Shown here piece by piece: positions 1-9,523 of a stretch of DNA of 64,000 nt (the first letter of the stretch is position 1; each line of letters starts with the position of its first letter). A model generated the notes under the pieces. It was not told the origin of the DNA. It did no database searches and was given only the letters and a program-made list of their open reading frames with translations. Source of the DNA: Salinivirgaceae bacterium (GTDB lineage Bacteria > Bacteroidota > Bacteroidia > Bacteroidales > SZUA-534); assembly GCA_024405635.1 (NCBI GenBank), contig JAKSOL010000006.1, forward strand, positions 65,250 through 129,249. The letters are read 5' to 3'. Made by a program: the position numbers and the translations under genes.

Positions 1-2
1 CT

Positions 3-182
3 TTGGATATTAACGAGGTACAATCAAAACCAATAACAGTGGCAGACATTAATTATAATGCCGAAGTGGCAGTTGGTCAACCTATTGATATAAAGGTATA
101 TAACACCGAAAAAGGGTATATTGTATCGGGCGAAAAAGCTGACGGTACACAATCGTTTACTGCCCAAATAAAACTAGGGTAG
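3..182 (+). CDS. 3' end of a gene truncated by the window edge, possibly an acyl-ACP thioesterase
   Basis: Open frame LDINEVQSKPITVADINYNAEVAVGQPIDIKVY...QSFTAQIKLG ending TAG 180-182; the DINYxxEv..G motif resembles thioesterase C-termini. Confidence 0.45.
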   Translation: MDINEVQSKPITVADINYNAEVAVGQPIDIKVYNTEKGYIVSGEKADGTQSFTAQIKLG

Positions 183-278
183 GTGTTTTATAATGTATGG
201 TTATGGTACTTTTATCAAAAACCAAAAGTGCTCATATAAAATGTGGTCTATTTTAGCTTGATTAAAAATTTTTGAGAA

Positions 279-1334
279 ATGAAAAAAACGTTTGCTGCAG
301 TTGCATTACTATGTGCCACATTTACCATGTCGGCGCAAAACATAGTTGGCAACGACTCTACACTAGTGCTAGTAGGCGACCAAGATGCCGAAGTGGCATT
401 TAATGCAGGAAATCAAAAAGTAAGTCAAGGCAAGTATGCCGAGGCAATAACAAGTTTTAACGAGGCTTTGTCGCATAATCCAAACTTTGTGAAAGCGCTA
501 GTTAACCGAGGTTTTGCAAAATCGGAATTGGCAGACTACAACGGTGCGATAAGCGATTTTAGCAAGGCTCTAAGTCTTGACCAATCGTTGGCACAAGTGC
601 AATATGGTAGGGGATTGGCCTATTTTAACTTAAACAAATCGGCCGAAGCTTTAACCGATTTTGAAGATGCCATTAAAAATGGATACAAAGAAGCCAATGT
701 TTACTACTACGCTGGCATCGCTTGTTTTGAAACAGGAGTTTATGAAGAGGCTATTAGTAATCTTACATTGGCAATAGGTTTAAATCCAAACAATGCACAA
801 GCATATAACGACCGAGGCAGCGCCAAACGAATGAAAGAAGATTATGATGGTGCAATAGCCGATTATCAAGCTGCAATTAAAATTGACATGAAGTTGGCAA
901 CTGCATACAACAATTTGGGTAGTTGCTTGCTAAAAAAAGGAAAGGTTGATGATGCTATTACCAATTATAATATGGCCATAAGCCTCGATCCAAAATACTA
1001 CATTGCAGTAAACAACCGAGCTCGAGCCAAGTACGAGAAAAAACTATATGACGAAGTGGTTGCCGATTGCAAAAAAGCAATTGAAATAAACCCAGATTAT
1101 GCATACGCATACAACAACATGGGCATTGCTCAAATGAAATTGCGCGATTATGAGAATGCCTACGCATCATTTAGTAAAGCCATTGAACTGAATAAAAATT
1201 TTGCAGAGGCTTATTTGAATCGTGGTAGTTGTCAAGAGATGCAACGCCAATTTGAAAAAGCTTGCGCCGATTGGCAAAAGGCTTATGATTTGGGCATCAG
1301 CAAAGCAAAAAACTACATTTCGTTTTACGAGTAA
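279..1334 (+). CDS. Secreted tetratricopeptide-repeat protein
   Basis: Signal peptide MKKTFAAVALLCATFTMSA-Q; about nine tandem 34-aa TPR units (AYNNRG..A..DF..AI.LNP). Confidence 0.9.
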   Translation: MKKTFAAVALLCATFTMSAQNIVGNDSTLVLVGDQDAEVAFNAGNQKVSQGKYAEAITSFNEALSHNPNFVKALVNRGFAKSELADYNGAISDFSKALSLDQSLAQVQYGRGLAYFNLNKSAEALTDFEDAIKNGYKEANVYYYAGIACFETGVYEEAISNLTLAIGLNPNNAQAYNDRGSAKRMKEDYDGAIADYQAAIKIDMKLATAYNNLGSCLLKKGKVDDAITNYNMAISLDPKYYIAVNNRARAKYEKKLYDEVVADCKKAIEINPDYAYAYNNMGIAQMKLRDYENAYASFSKAIELNKNFAEAYLNRGSCQEMQRQFEKACADWQKAYDLGISKAKNYISFYE

Positions 1335-1346
1335 AATTTGAAAGAT

Positions 1347-3386
1347 ATGCGTAGATTAATATATACCACAGCATTATTTCTTGTTGCTTTTGCAGCATCG
1401 GCACAAGATGTGCCATTTGACAAGAATCTATTCCCAGAACAAAGGGATGCCTTTAAAATGGCAAACAACGATTTCAAAACAGGCGAAAACAATTTTGCAG
1501 TTGAACGTTATGCCGAGGCATTGTACAACTATCTTGAAGCATACAAATTTAACCCCGACTATTCGATACTAAACTACAAAATAGGAGTGTGTTATATGAA
1601 CACAGCAACTCGCTACAAGGCATTACCATACTTTGAGCGAGCTTTTCAACTTAACCGAAATGTAGCACCAGACATACATTTAATGATGGCAAAAGGCTAT
1701 CACCTAAATAACAAGTTTGATTTGGCGATAAACGAATACAAAGCACACGAGGCCCAACTTACACCAGTTGAAGCAAGCTCAATGCGCGAAGAAATTGCCA
1801 AGCACATTGAAGAGTGCAATACCGCCAAAGAACTAATTGCTGAGCCAGCCCGCGCTTTTGTTGACAACATAGGCTCAGTTATCAACTCACGTTTTAACGA
1901 CCACAGTCCACTTATTTCCGCCGATGAATCGATGATGATTTTTACATCGACACGAAACAACGGCCACCGAGTTGTTGATGATCAATACGACGAAGATATA
2001 TATGTGAGTGAAAGTGCTGGTAAAAGCTGGCAAGCTCCACAATCAATAGGCGAACCTATTAATACACAGTTTGACGATGCTACAGTAGGTGTTACCCCCG
2101 ACGGACAACAATTGCTTATTTATAATGGCAAGAAAAACGGAGGCGATATAGAGATTTGTCAACTAAAAGGCGATAAATGGGAATACCCAAAAGCATTGCC
2201 TAAACCAATCAACTCTGAATATCACGAAACATCGGCTTGCTTTTCGCCCGATGGTCGCACAATTTATTTTGTAAGCGATCGTCCTGGCGGTTACGGAGGA
2301 AGCGATATATATATGTGTTCGCGAACATATAAAGGCAAATGGGGCGAGGCTATCAACTTAGGTCCAGTCATCAACTCAAAATACGACGAAGAGGCTGTGT
2401 TTATGCACCCTGATGGACGAACTTTGTACTTCAGCTCAAACGGACACAAAACTATGGGCGGTTTCGACATATTTATGTCGCAACTTAACGATAACGGAAC
2501 TTGGTCAGAACCAGTAAACCTTGGCTATCCAATAAACTCAACCGACGACGACCTTTGCTTTGTTATTTCAGCAAGTGGACGTCACGGATATTGTAGCAGC
2601 GTTCGTCCCGATGGCATTGGCGGTTTTGATATTTATCGTTCAACATTTTTGGGCCCCGAAAAACCATTGGTGTTAAGTAGCGAAGACAACCTTATATCGG
2701 CTCGCGAACAACCAGTGTCTGATATGGTTATGGAGGCTTCGGTTGAATTGAAAACCATACGTTTGACTATTGTTAAAGGTATTGTACGCGATGCTATTAG
2801 CAACGAGCCTGTTAGCGCCCAAATTGATATTGTTGACAACGAGAAAAACGAGGTTATTTTTACATCGCAAACCAACTCGTCAACAGGTAAATTCTTGGTG
2901 TCGTTGCCTTCAGGTAAAAACTATGGTTTGGCAGTTAAGGCCGAAAATTACTTGTTCCACTCTGAAAACTTCGATATCCCTGGAGCAACAGAATATCAAG
3001 AGATTAACAAAGAAATTGCACTGAATAACATTAAAAAGGACGTAAAGATTATTTTGAAAAACGTGTTCTTTGAGACAGGAAGTGCAAAACTTAAACCAAC
3101 ATCGTATGCCGAGCTTGGTCGCTTAACCAAATTGATGACCGACATGCCAACCATGCGAATAGAGATTTCAGGTCACACCGATAATCAAGGAAGTTATGCA
3201 ACAAACCAACGTTTGTCAGAGGCTCGTGCAAAATCGGTTGTTGACTTTATGATTTCAGAAGGAATTGCAGCAAACCGACTAGAATACAAGGGTTACGCAT
3301 TTGATCAACCAATTGCCGATAACAGCACAAAAGACGGTAGAGCAATGAACCGTAGGGTGGAGTTTAAGGTGTTGAGTACAGAGTAG
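1347..3386 (+). CDS. PorE-like protein: TPR + PD40 propeller + carboxypeptidase-regulatory-like + OmpA_C peptidoglycan-binding domain
   Basis: PD40 repeats (SPDGRTIYFVSDRPGGYGGSDIY, NLGPVINS); OmpA_C motifs IEISGHTD, NQRLSEARAKSV, GRAMNRRVEF; ATG 1347 preferred over TTG 1338. Confidence 0.85.
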   Translation: MRRLIYTTALFLVAFAASAQDVPFDKNLFPEQRDAFKMANNDFKTGENNFAVERYAEALYNYLEAYKFNPDYSILNYKIGVCYMNTATRYKALPYFERAFQLNRNVAPDIHLMMAKGYHLNNKFDLAINEYKAHEAQLTPVEASSMREEIAKHIEECNTAKELIAEPARAFVDNIGSVINSRFNDHSPLISADESMMIFTSTRNNGHRVVDDQYDEDIYVSESAGKSWQAPQSIGEPINTQFDDATVGVTPDGQQLLIYNGKKNGGDIEICQLKGDKWEYPKALPKPINSEYHETSACFSPDGRTIYFVSDRPGGYGGSDIYMCSRTYKGKWGEAINLGPVINSKYDEEAVFMHPDGRTLYFSSNGHKTMGGFDIFMSQLNDNGTWSEPVNLGYPINSTDDDLCFVISASGRHGYCSSVRPDGIGGFDIYRSTFLGPEKPLVLSSEDNLISAREQPVSDMVMEASVELKTIRLTIVKGIVRDAISNEPVSAQIDIVDNEKNEVIFTSQTNSSTGKFLVSLPSGKNYGLAVKAENYLFHSENFDIPGATEYQEINKEIALNNIKKDVKIILKNVFFETGSAKLKPTSYAELGRLTKLMTDMPTMRIEISGHTDNQGSYATNQRLSEARAKSVVDFMISEGIAANRLEYKGYAFDQPIADNSTKDGRAMNRRVEFKVLSTE

Positions 3387-3416
3387 TGCTTTATTGTTTA
3401 TTTTGAAAAATAACAG

Positions 3417-5243
3417 ATGTTATCGATTTTTAAGTTAAAAGAACGTTTTTTTAAAGCCTACTTTAGGGTTCAAGACGGTTTTAAGATTTTTTGCAAATAC
3501 CTTGCAGCTATTAGCAATGTGGTAATGATGGTGAGTATGCTCACTTTTATTGCTTTGCTAATTGTTAACGTGGGCGATTTTTTCTCGCGCGAAAGTATTG
3601 TATATCAAGAGATTTTATTGTCGGCATCAAAATACTTGCTTTTAGTTACATACATAACTAAGTATTTGCACGATTTTGTTCTTGTGCGTTACCATAAAGT
3701 AATGCCATGGATTAACGAGATTGTGATGTTTTTAGCGGTGACTGTGGTTGTGTGTGCTTCGTTTCCAAACTCTTTCCCATCGTTAGGAAATACTTTTTTG
3801 GCTCACCACAATGTGCAGTTGCTCACCATTGCAATTATGACGGTTACAGAAATGTACCGCATATTTAAAATCATTAACTCAATCCGCATTTCTCCTTCGA
3901 TGCTTTTGGCCGCCAGTTTTTTGGTGGTTATTTTCATCGCTTCGGGTTTGTTTCTGTTGCCAAGTATGCATACTCAAAAGTTGAGTTATCTCGACTCGTT
4001 GTTTTTTGCAACAAGCGCAACATGTGTAACTGGAATGTCAACCTTTGATATTGCACAAACACTTACACATAAGGGATACGTTTTGTTACTTTTTGTAATT
4101 CAGTTGGGTGGTATAGGTGTAATGTTTTTTACAGCATTTTTTGCTTATGCATTTACTGGAACATTCTCATTTAAAGACCGATTACTACTTAAAGATGTGT
4201 TCTCGTCAGACACTATGAACGACCTTTTTCGTTTAATGGCTCATGTGTTGGGCATTACATTCTTCTTTGAACTAATAGGTACTAGCATTATTTATTTTTC
4301 AGTACGAAACGCAGTGGCAAACCCACTATTCTTTTCGTTATTTCACTCAATTTCGGCTTTCTGTAATGCAGGATTATCCACACTTCCATTAGGATTGTCT
4401 GACCCAGCTGTTGCAGGAAACAATGTTTTGTACTCAACTTTAACAGTGCTAATAATTCTTGGAGGTATTGGTTTCCCAATAATTATATCGTTGCTACTAT
4501 GGTTGCGAAGCAAGTTGAATACATCGTTTTCAATACTACCCAATAAACGCATCGATTATAGTGCATTGCACGAAAGTGAAATATCGAACCGAATTGTAAT
4601 AGTAACCACCATTATTTTATTGATAATAGGAACCTTTGTTTACTTTATATTAGAGCGAAATGCATCGCTTAGCGACAATTCGTTTGCAGTAAAAGTGATA
4701 AAGTCATTCTTCTTCAGTGCATCAGCCCGAACATCAGGATTCTGCTTGACAGATTTGTACGAATGGCGCCCAGCAACTATTGTGTTTACAATGATACTGA
4801 TGTGGATAGGTGCTTCGCCAGGTTCAACTGGTGGTGGTATTAAAACAACCGCATTTGCAATTGCAGTGTTATCGGTTTTTTATTTTTTACGAGGAAGCCG
4901 CTACATTGAAATAGGATATCGCCGCATTGGATTTGAAACCATTTCGCGTGTGCTAACGCTTATTACATTGTCAGTTATTATATTGAGTGTGAGCGTGATA
5001 CTGATAATGGTTATGGAACCTGATAAAGATCCTTTGGCATTGGTTTTTGAGGTTGTTGCTGCATTCTCAACCACAGGAATGTCCATTGTTGGAACAATGA
5101 ACTTGGGCATACCTGCACGAATCCTAATCATTTTTCTTATGTTTATCGGTCGTATCGGACCTTTGGCTTTGCTATCGGGACTATTTATATCGCGAAAGCC
5201 TAAATATTCAAAGTATCCATATAAAAACCTGACTATCAACTAA
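3417..5243 (+). CDS. Trk/Ktr-family K+ uptake membrane subunit (TrkH/KtrB)
   Basis: Pore motifs SATCVTG, SAFCNAG, ARTSGF, AFSTTG; GASPGSTGGGIK; many TM helices. Confidence 0.9.
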   Translation: MLSIFKLKERFFKAYFRVQDGFKIFCKYLAAISNVVMMVSMLTFIALLIVNVGDFFSRESIVYQEILLSASKYLLLVTYITKYLHDFVLVRYHKVMPWINEIVMFLAVTVVVCASFPNSFPSLGNTFLAHHNVQLLTIAIMTVTEMYRIFKIINSIRISPSMLLAASFLVVIFIASGLFLLPSMHTQKLSYLDSLFFATSATCVTGMSTFDIAQTLTHKGYVLLLFVIQLGGIGVMFFTAFFAYAFTGTFSFKDRLLLKDVFSSDTMNDLFRLMAHVLGITFFFELIGTSIIYFSVRNAVANPLFFSLFHSISAFCNAGLSTLPLGLSDPAVAGNNVLYSTLTVLIILGGIGFPIIISLLLWLRSKLNTSFSILPNKRIDYSALHESEISNRIVIVTTIILLIIGTFVYFILERNASLSDNSFAVKVIKSFFFSASARTSGFCLTDLYEWRPATIVFTMILMWIGASPGSTGGGIKTTAFAIAVLSVFYFLRGSRYIEIGYRRIGFETISRVLTLITLSVIILSVSVILIMVMEPDKDPLALVFEVVAAFSTTGMSIVGTMNLGIPARILIIFLMFIGRIGPLALLSGLFISRKPKYSKYPYKNLTIN

Positions 5244-5251
5244 TTAAAGAT

Positions 5252-5938
5252 ATGAAATTTATTGTTATTGGCTTGGGCTATTTTGGTTCAACTTTGGCCA
5301 TCAGCCTAATTGAACAAGGACACGAAGTAATTGGAGTTGACAACCGTTGGAACCGCGTTGATGAACTTAAAAACCTGATTCCAAACGTGATGGAGATGGA
5401 TACAACCAACGAACAGGCTGTAAAAACCCTTCCGCTTGACGACACCGATTCGGTTATAGTTGCCATTGGCGAAGATGTTGGTTCATCGTTGCTTACGCTA
5501 TCTATTTTGCAAAATTTAGGAGTAAAAAACATTATTGGGCGTGTTATTAGTCCAATTCACCAAAACATTTTAAAACAAATTGGCATTGAACACACTGTTC
5601 ACCCTGAGTTTGCAACAGCTATTCGTGTTGGTTTGAAACTACAACTGCGCGATGCTATTGATGTGTTTGAACTTGACGACAATAATGTGATTGCTGAATT
5701 TAAAGTTCCTTCAAAATATGATGGTCACACAGTTGGTACAATGAACTTAACTCAGCGTTTCAAATTGCGTTTAATGGCTGTTAAAACACCATCGAGCCAA
5801 CGTGGTGTGATGTCAATTATTAGCAAAAACGAGTATATGACCAACTTTGAACCTTCTGACGAAATGGTTGTTCATGAGAGCGATGTGTTGGTTTTAGCTG
5901 GTTCGATGAACGATATGAAGAAATTTGCTGCTGAGTAG
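5252..5938 (+). CDS. TrkA/KtrA-family RCK regulatory subunit
   Basis: Rossmann motif VIGLGYFG, VIVAIGED; directly follows the TrkH gene. Confidence 0.9.
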   Translation: MKFIVIGLGYFGSTLAISLIEQGHEVIGVDNRWNRVDELKNLIPNVMEMDTTNEQAVKTLPLDDTDSVIVAIGEDVGSSLLTLSILQNLGVKNIIGRVISPIHQNILKQIGIEHTVHPEFATAIRVGLKLQLRDAIDVFELDDNNVIAEFKVPSKYDGHTVGTMNLTQRFKLRLMAVKTPSSQRGVMSIISKNEYMTNFEPSDEMVVHESDVLVLAGSMNDMKKFAAE

Positions 5939-5962
5939 ATTTTTTAATCAAATTAGAATAAC

Positions 5963-5999
5963 AAAAAAAAGCCCCGCAAAATTGCGAGGCTTTTTTGTT
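5963..5999. terminator. Bidirectional intrinsic terminator
   Basis: A-run, GCCCCGCAA/TTGCGAGGC hairpin, T-run, between convergent genes. Confidence 0.8.
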
Positions 6000-6015
6000 G
6001 TGTATGGTTAAAGTT

Positions 6016-7374
6016 TTATTTGTTGGCAGTTTCAATTTGTTGCAACCAAAATGCTTTAACGTCATTCCATTTGTAGTAAGGGAAATTGCCATCGATAGGC
6101 AATTGGGCCTCGTTTTCGTTTTGCAGAATTTTTACAAGAATGTCGTCGTTCGCATTTGACGAACGATAGAATATAATTTGCATGTTAGCAGCCATTGGAA
6201 CGTAACGTGCTGTAGTCCATTTATTTGCAAGTTGCGACAGGTCGTCAATTTGTTCGCCAGCTTTATTTACACCAAGAAGTGCAAGTAATGGCATAAGGCC
6301 ATTGTCGTGACCAAAACGAAGGTTTGCACGAAGGTTGCTAGTTCCATTTATCACAGCGTCGGCTTCTTCAATAATTTTGTTTGCCAAGTATTGTGCGTTT
6401 TTAACGTTTTTAAGTCCGCCCAATTGTGGAGCGCAACTATAGTTTGTGTACCAATAAAAGTTGCTGCTTTTATATTGATCAATCAATTCGGCAGGAGTAA
6501 AGAAGTTGAAAATTTCGCTAACTCCATCAACAAACACACCTTGACCAATTCCGGCAGCGTTGTAAATGCCAGAAGCTATACGATGAAGGTTAAAGCGTTT
6601 TGCGGCAGCTTCGGCATCAATAAACAAACGTTTAGCTGGCAATTCGCGGCTCAAACTGCCATAAAACTTAAACGATTGTGCGCGCCATTCGGCACTATCG
6701 CGGTATGGATTGCGATCGGGTTCGTGCAATAAGTAGTATTGAAAACAAAGTCCGCAGTCGTTGCTAATGGTTAGAGTAGGATATTTGGCTTTAAGTTCTT
6801 GACAAAAAGCGTCCATACTCAAAATACAGCGAGTAACTACGGTTGATTTTGCATCGATATAAGCGTTTGGACCTTCAAAAACTTGAGGGAAATTTTTCAT
6901 CATTCGTTGTGCAATGCCTTGATGTTGAGTGCGGCCAGCTGCAGAAAGGTCGCCTGCTCGTAGTTTAGCATCAGCATTGATTAGTGCTAGTTCGTTGGCA
7001 ATTTTTAGACCTTGCTCGTTTAGCATACCTTCGTTTTTAGCCGAATCGAGAGTGGCTGCCCACCATTGGTACTCGCGTTGTCCCCAGTGATAGCGCGACC
7101 CGTGGCGTCCATAGTGACTAATGTAGAATGGTTTGTAGCCTTTTGGGGCTGCGGTAAGTGTTGGATAATCGAAAACGCCGTTGTCAATTTCGTTGCAAAT
7201 CATAACGGCTGTGTCGTAATAAATGTGGTTGGTGTAGGTGAGTTTTGTGTACTTTGTTAAAATAGAATCGCTTGCTTCTGTTTTAAGCGTACACTGCTTG
7301 GTTGATTGTTGATTTTGTGCACATGATGCCAATGTTGCCAATGCAATTAGCAATGCACTTGTTTTAATTTTCAT
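6016..7374 (-). CDS. Histidine acid phosphatase family lipoprotein (phytase/Minpp-like clan)
   Basis: HYGRHGSRY nucleophile motif, LRFGHD proton-donor motif, VPMAANMQIIFY; lipobox LASC; ATG at 7374. Confidence 0.8.
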   Translation of the reverse strand: MKIKTSALLIALATLASCAQNQQSTKQCTLKTEASDSILTKYTKLTYTNHIYYDTAVMICNEIDNGVFDYPTLTAAPKGYKPFYISHYGRHGSRYHWGQREYQWWAATLDSAKNEGMLNEQGLKIANELALINADAKLRAGDLSAAGRTQHQGIAQRMMKNFPQVFEGPNAYIDAKSTVVTRCILSMDAFCQELKAKYPTLTISNDCGLCFQYYLLHEPDRNPYRDSAEWRAQSFKFYGSLSRELPAKRLFIDAEAAAKRFNLHRIASGIYNAAGIGQGVFVDGVSEIFNFFTPAELIDQYKSSNFYWYTNYSCAPQLGGLKNVKNAQYLANKIIEEADAVINGTSNLRANLRFGHDNGLMPLLALLGVNKAGEQIDDLSQLANKWTTARYVPMAANMQIIFYRSSNANDDILVKILQNENEAQLPIDGNFPYYKWNDVKAFWLQQIETANK

Positions 7375-7426
7375 AATATGTTTTTTTATGGTTTGGGTGT
7401 CCAAATTAGTAAAAAATGTTTTGCAA

Positions 7427-8053
7427 CTATGGTATAATTGATGCTTTTATGATTTGTGCAGATTCGGGACCGCAATTCATAACTAAATCGAGTATTGATA
7501 GATTTGGAGCAAATCCTAAACGTTCGGCAAAGACTTGTTGGTAATGTGCCGCAACAAAATTTGGGTCGGGAATTGAGTGTTTTGGGGTTATTGTGTTGCG
7601 AAAATCGGGTAGGGTTGGCTGTTTTTCAAAATCGGTGGTAAAGTTCAATTTTGCAGGCAACTTTAGCCATTTAAGGCATAGTTCGGTAATTGAATTGTTG
7701 TATTCGATTAAATAGTTGTACTTGTTTCGGTAAAAAAGTTCAATGTCGTCGATGTAGTAATCGTAAAACGGTGATGAATGGTATAGCGACTCGATGGTTG
7801 CAAAGTGATTTTTTTGCCAAAGCGAGTTGTATGCTATGCGTATGTCTTTAACCAATTGGTTTACTCGACCTTTTTCAACTGGTACTTGCAACGATTGAAT
7901 GCAGTTTGGACCATAAAGCACGCATCGGTTTCGGTATGTTTGTTTGGGATAAGTTTCCCATTGCTCAATCAAAACTTGCTCATACTCAACAAATTTTGCA
8001 AAATATTGTATGGGGCCCCAATATGCGGTGCTTACAAGGCAGCTATTTTTCAT
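7427..8053 (-). CDS. WbqC-like family protein
   Basis: KQTYRNRC, Y.SSPFYDYY, YQQVF..F.PNLSILDL motifs. Confidence 0.85.
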   Translation of the reverse strand: MKNSCLVSTAYWGPIQYFAKFVEYEQVLIEQWETYPKQTYRNRCVLYGPNCIQSLQVPVEKGRVNQLVKDIRIAYNSLWQKNHFATIESLYHSSPFYDYYIDDIELFYRNKYNYLIEYNNSITELCLKWLKLPAKLNFTTDFEKQPTLPDFRNTITPKHSIPDPNFVAAHYQQVFAERLGFAPNLSILDLVMNCGPESAQIIKASIIP

Positions 8054-8072
8054 AAGTTAAAAGTTGAGTTGT

Positions 8073-8462
8073 CTATTCTCCGTCATCTTCAAAAAAATGT
8101 TTCACAGCACCAATGTAATACTCGTGCCAGCCTTCTTCAATGTTTTCAAAGGCATCGTCGGGAATGTTGGTGTGACAAACTTCAACGTTAGTGCCACTTT
8201 TGTGCTGATGGAGTTTAATTGTGGCAATTGAAGGTTGAGCATTGTCGTCGCCAAAGTACCATTCTTGCTCAATCATTTGGTTTGGCACCATACGTAGGTT
8301 TTTGCCACATATATCGCCGTCGAAAATTGAAAATTCAAAACCTTCTTGGTCGTTCATTTCAGCGGGTTGTCCGCTCCAAAGCAAAATGGTGAATGGGTTT
8401 GTTAGCGCAATGTAAATCTCCTCGGGAGTGCCTTCAATGTATTGGTAAAATTTAAGGTTCAT
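8073..8462 (-). CDS. SRPBCC/AHSA1-like domain protein
   Basis: PEEIYIALTNPFTI.LWSG..A.M..EGFEFS, GWHEYY. Confidence 0.8.
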   Translation of the reverse strand: MNLKFYQYIEGTPEEIYIALTNPFTILLWSGQPAEMNDQEGFEFSIFDGDICGKNLRMVPNQMIEQEWYFGDDNAQPSIATIKLHQHKSGTNVEVCHTNIPDDAFENIEEGWHEYYIGAVKHFFEDDGE

Positions 8463-9495
8463 AGTTCAACAAATTAGTTTTTTGGTTGAATATCTGTTCG
8501 TTGGTGCTTTTAAGTTCTTCGCCAGGATTGTCGATAAAGAAGAAAGTTGCGCCCCAACTATGTTTCACTTTAAGATAAATGCACACATTGTCGTTTATGT
8601 TCATAATAACTCTAGTGATGTGTTTGCCAGGTTGATCAAGTTCTTCAACTGTTTTTTGGTTTGGGTATTGTTTGCGTAGTCGTTCTTGTTCTTGACGCAC
8701 AAATTCGGCATGTTGCTCGGGAGTTTGCTGTGTTTTTTGAGTCACAGGCAAAGGTTTTGGCTGAGGTTTTGCGGGGGTAGGCGTTGGTTCTGTTTTTTTA
8801 GGTTCTTCAACTGTTTTTTTAGGCATTGGAGGCGTCACTATTGGGGCGGGAATAGGTTTTTGCGGAATAGCTTTTGCTTGTTTTCTTTTAGCTTCTGGCG
8901 AAACAACTTGCCTATTGCCAACCACATCGTCAACTTTGGTTTCTTCAACTTCAATTGGTTCCTCGTCAATCTCGATGCGTTCAATTGCTGTTTTACTAGC
9001 AACCACATCGGCTACAGGTTCATCGTCTATGCTTATAGCATCTTCGGTAATGTTTAGTTGTTCAATGGCTTGCTTAGTTTCTGCAATGTCGGCAATTACT
9101 GCATCATCGTCAAAAGAAACATCTTCGTTAATATCGATTGATGTTGCAACTCTGATGCTTTCAATTTCGTTTTGCGTTTTAATTACATCTTGTTCAATTT
9201 GAGCATCGGCACTTTGCTCGGCAATGATGCGCGATTGATTTTGCTCCATATTGCGGTCGATGTAAATGGTGCGTATGTCCTCAATTTTGTATTGTGGTAG
9301 TTTGGCATCGGGTTTTACACGCAAAGCTTCGCGATAAAAGAACACAGCCTCCGAATAATGCTGAGCCTCAAATGCTGTTTTTGCGTTTTGCATGGCGGCT
9401 TTGTATTGTTGTTCGGTTGCGTTTTGTGCCGAAGCTCCAAAGTACATCAGCAAAGCAATTGATACGTAAAGTATTTTATTAAGTGATTGCAACAT
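8452..9495 (-). CDS. Secreted hypothetical protein (TPR-like N-terminus, acidic repeats, Pro/Lys linker, globular C-terminus)
   Basis: Signal peptide from ATG 9495 (MLQSLNKILYVSIALLMYFGASA-Q); YSEAVFFYREALRVKP TPR-like helix. Confidence 0.65.
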   Translation of the reverse strand: MLQSLNKILYVSIALLMYFGASAQNATEQQYKAAMQNAKTAFEAQHYSEAVFFYREALRVKPDAKLPQYKIEDIRTIYIDRNMEQNQSRIIAEQSADAQIEQDVIKTQNEIESIRVATSIDINEDVSFDDDAVIADIAETKQAIEQLNITEDAISIDDEPVADVVASKTAIERIEIDEEPIEVEETKVDDVVGNRQVVSPEAKRKQAKAIPQKPIPAPIVTPPMPKKTVEEPKKTEPTPTPAKPQPKPLPVTQKTQQTPEQHAEFVRQEQERLRKQYPNQKTVEELDQPGKHITRVIMNINDNVCIYLKVKHSWGATFFFIDNPGEELKSTNEQIFNQKTNLLNYEP

Positions 9496-9523
9496 AGTAT
9501 TGTTTTTCAGTTGTTTGTGTTTG

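Noticed and set aside
6016-7374. RHGSRYH instead of RHGxRxP in the histidine phosphatase
   Set aside because: The catalytic RHG and HD residues are intact; such variants are usual in Bacteroidales members
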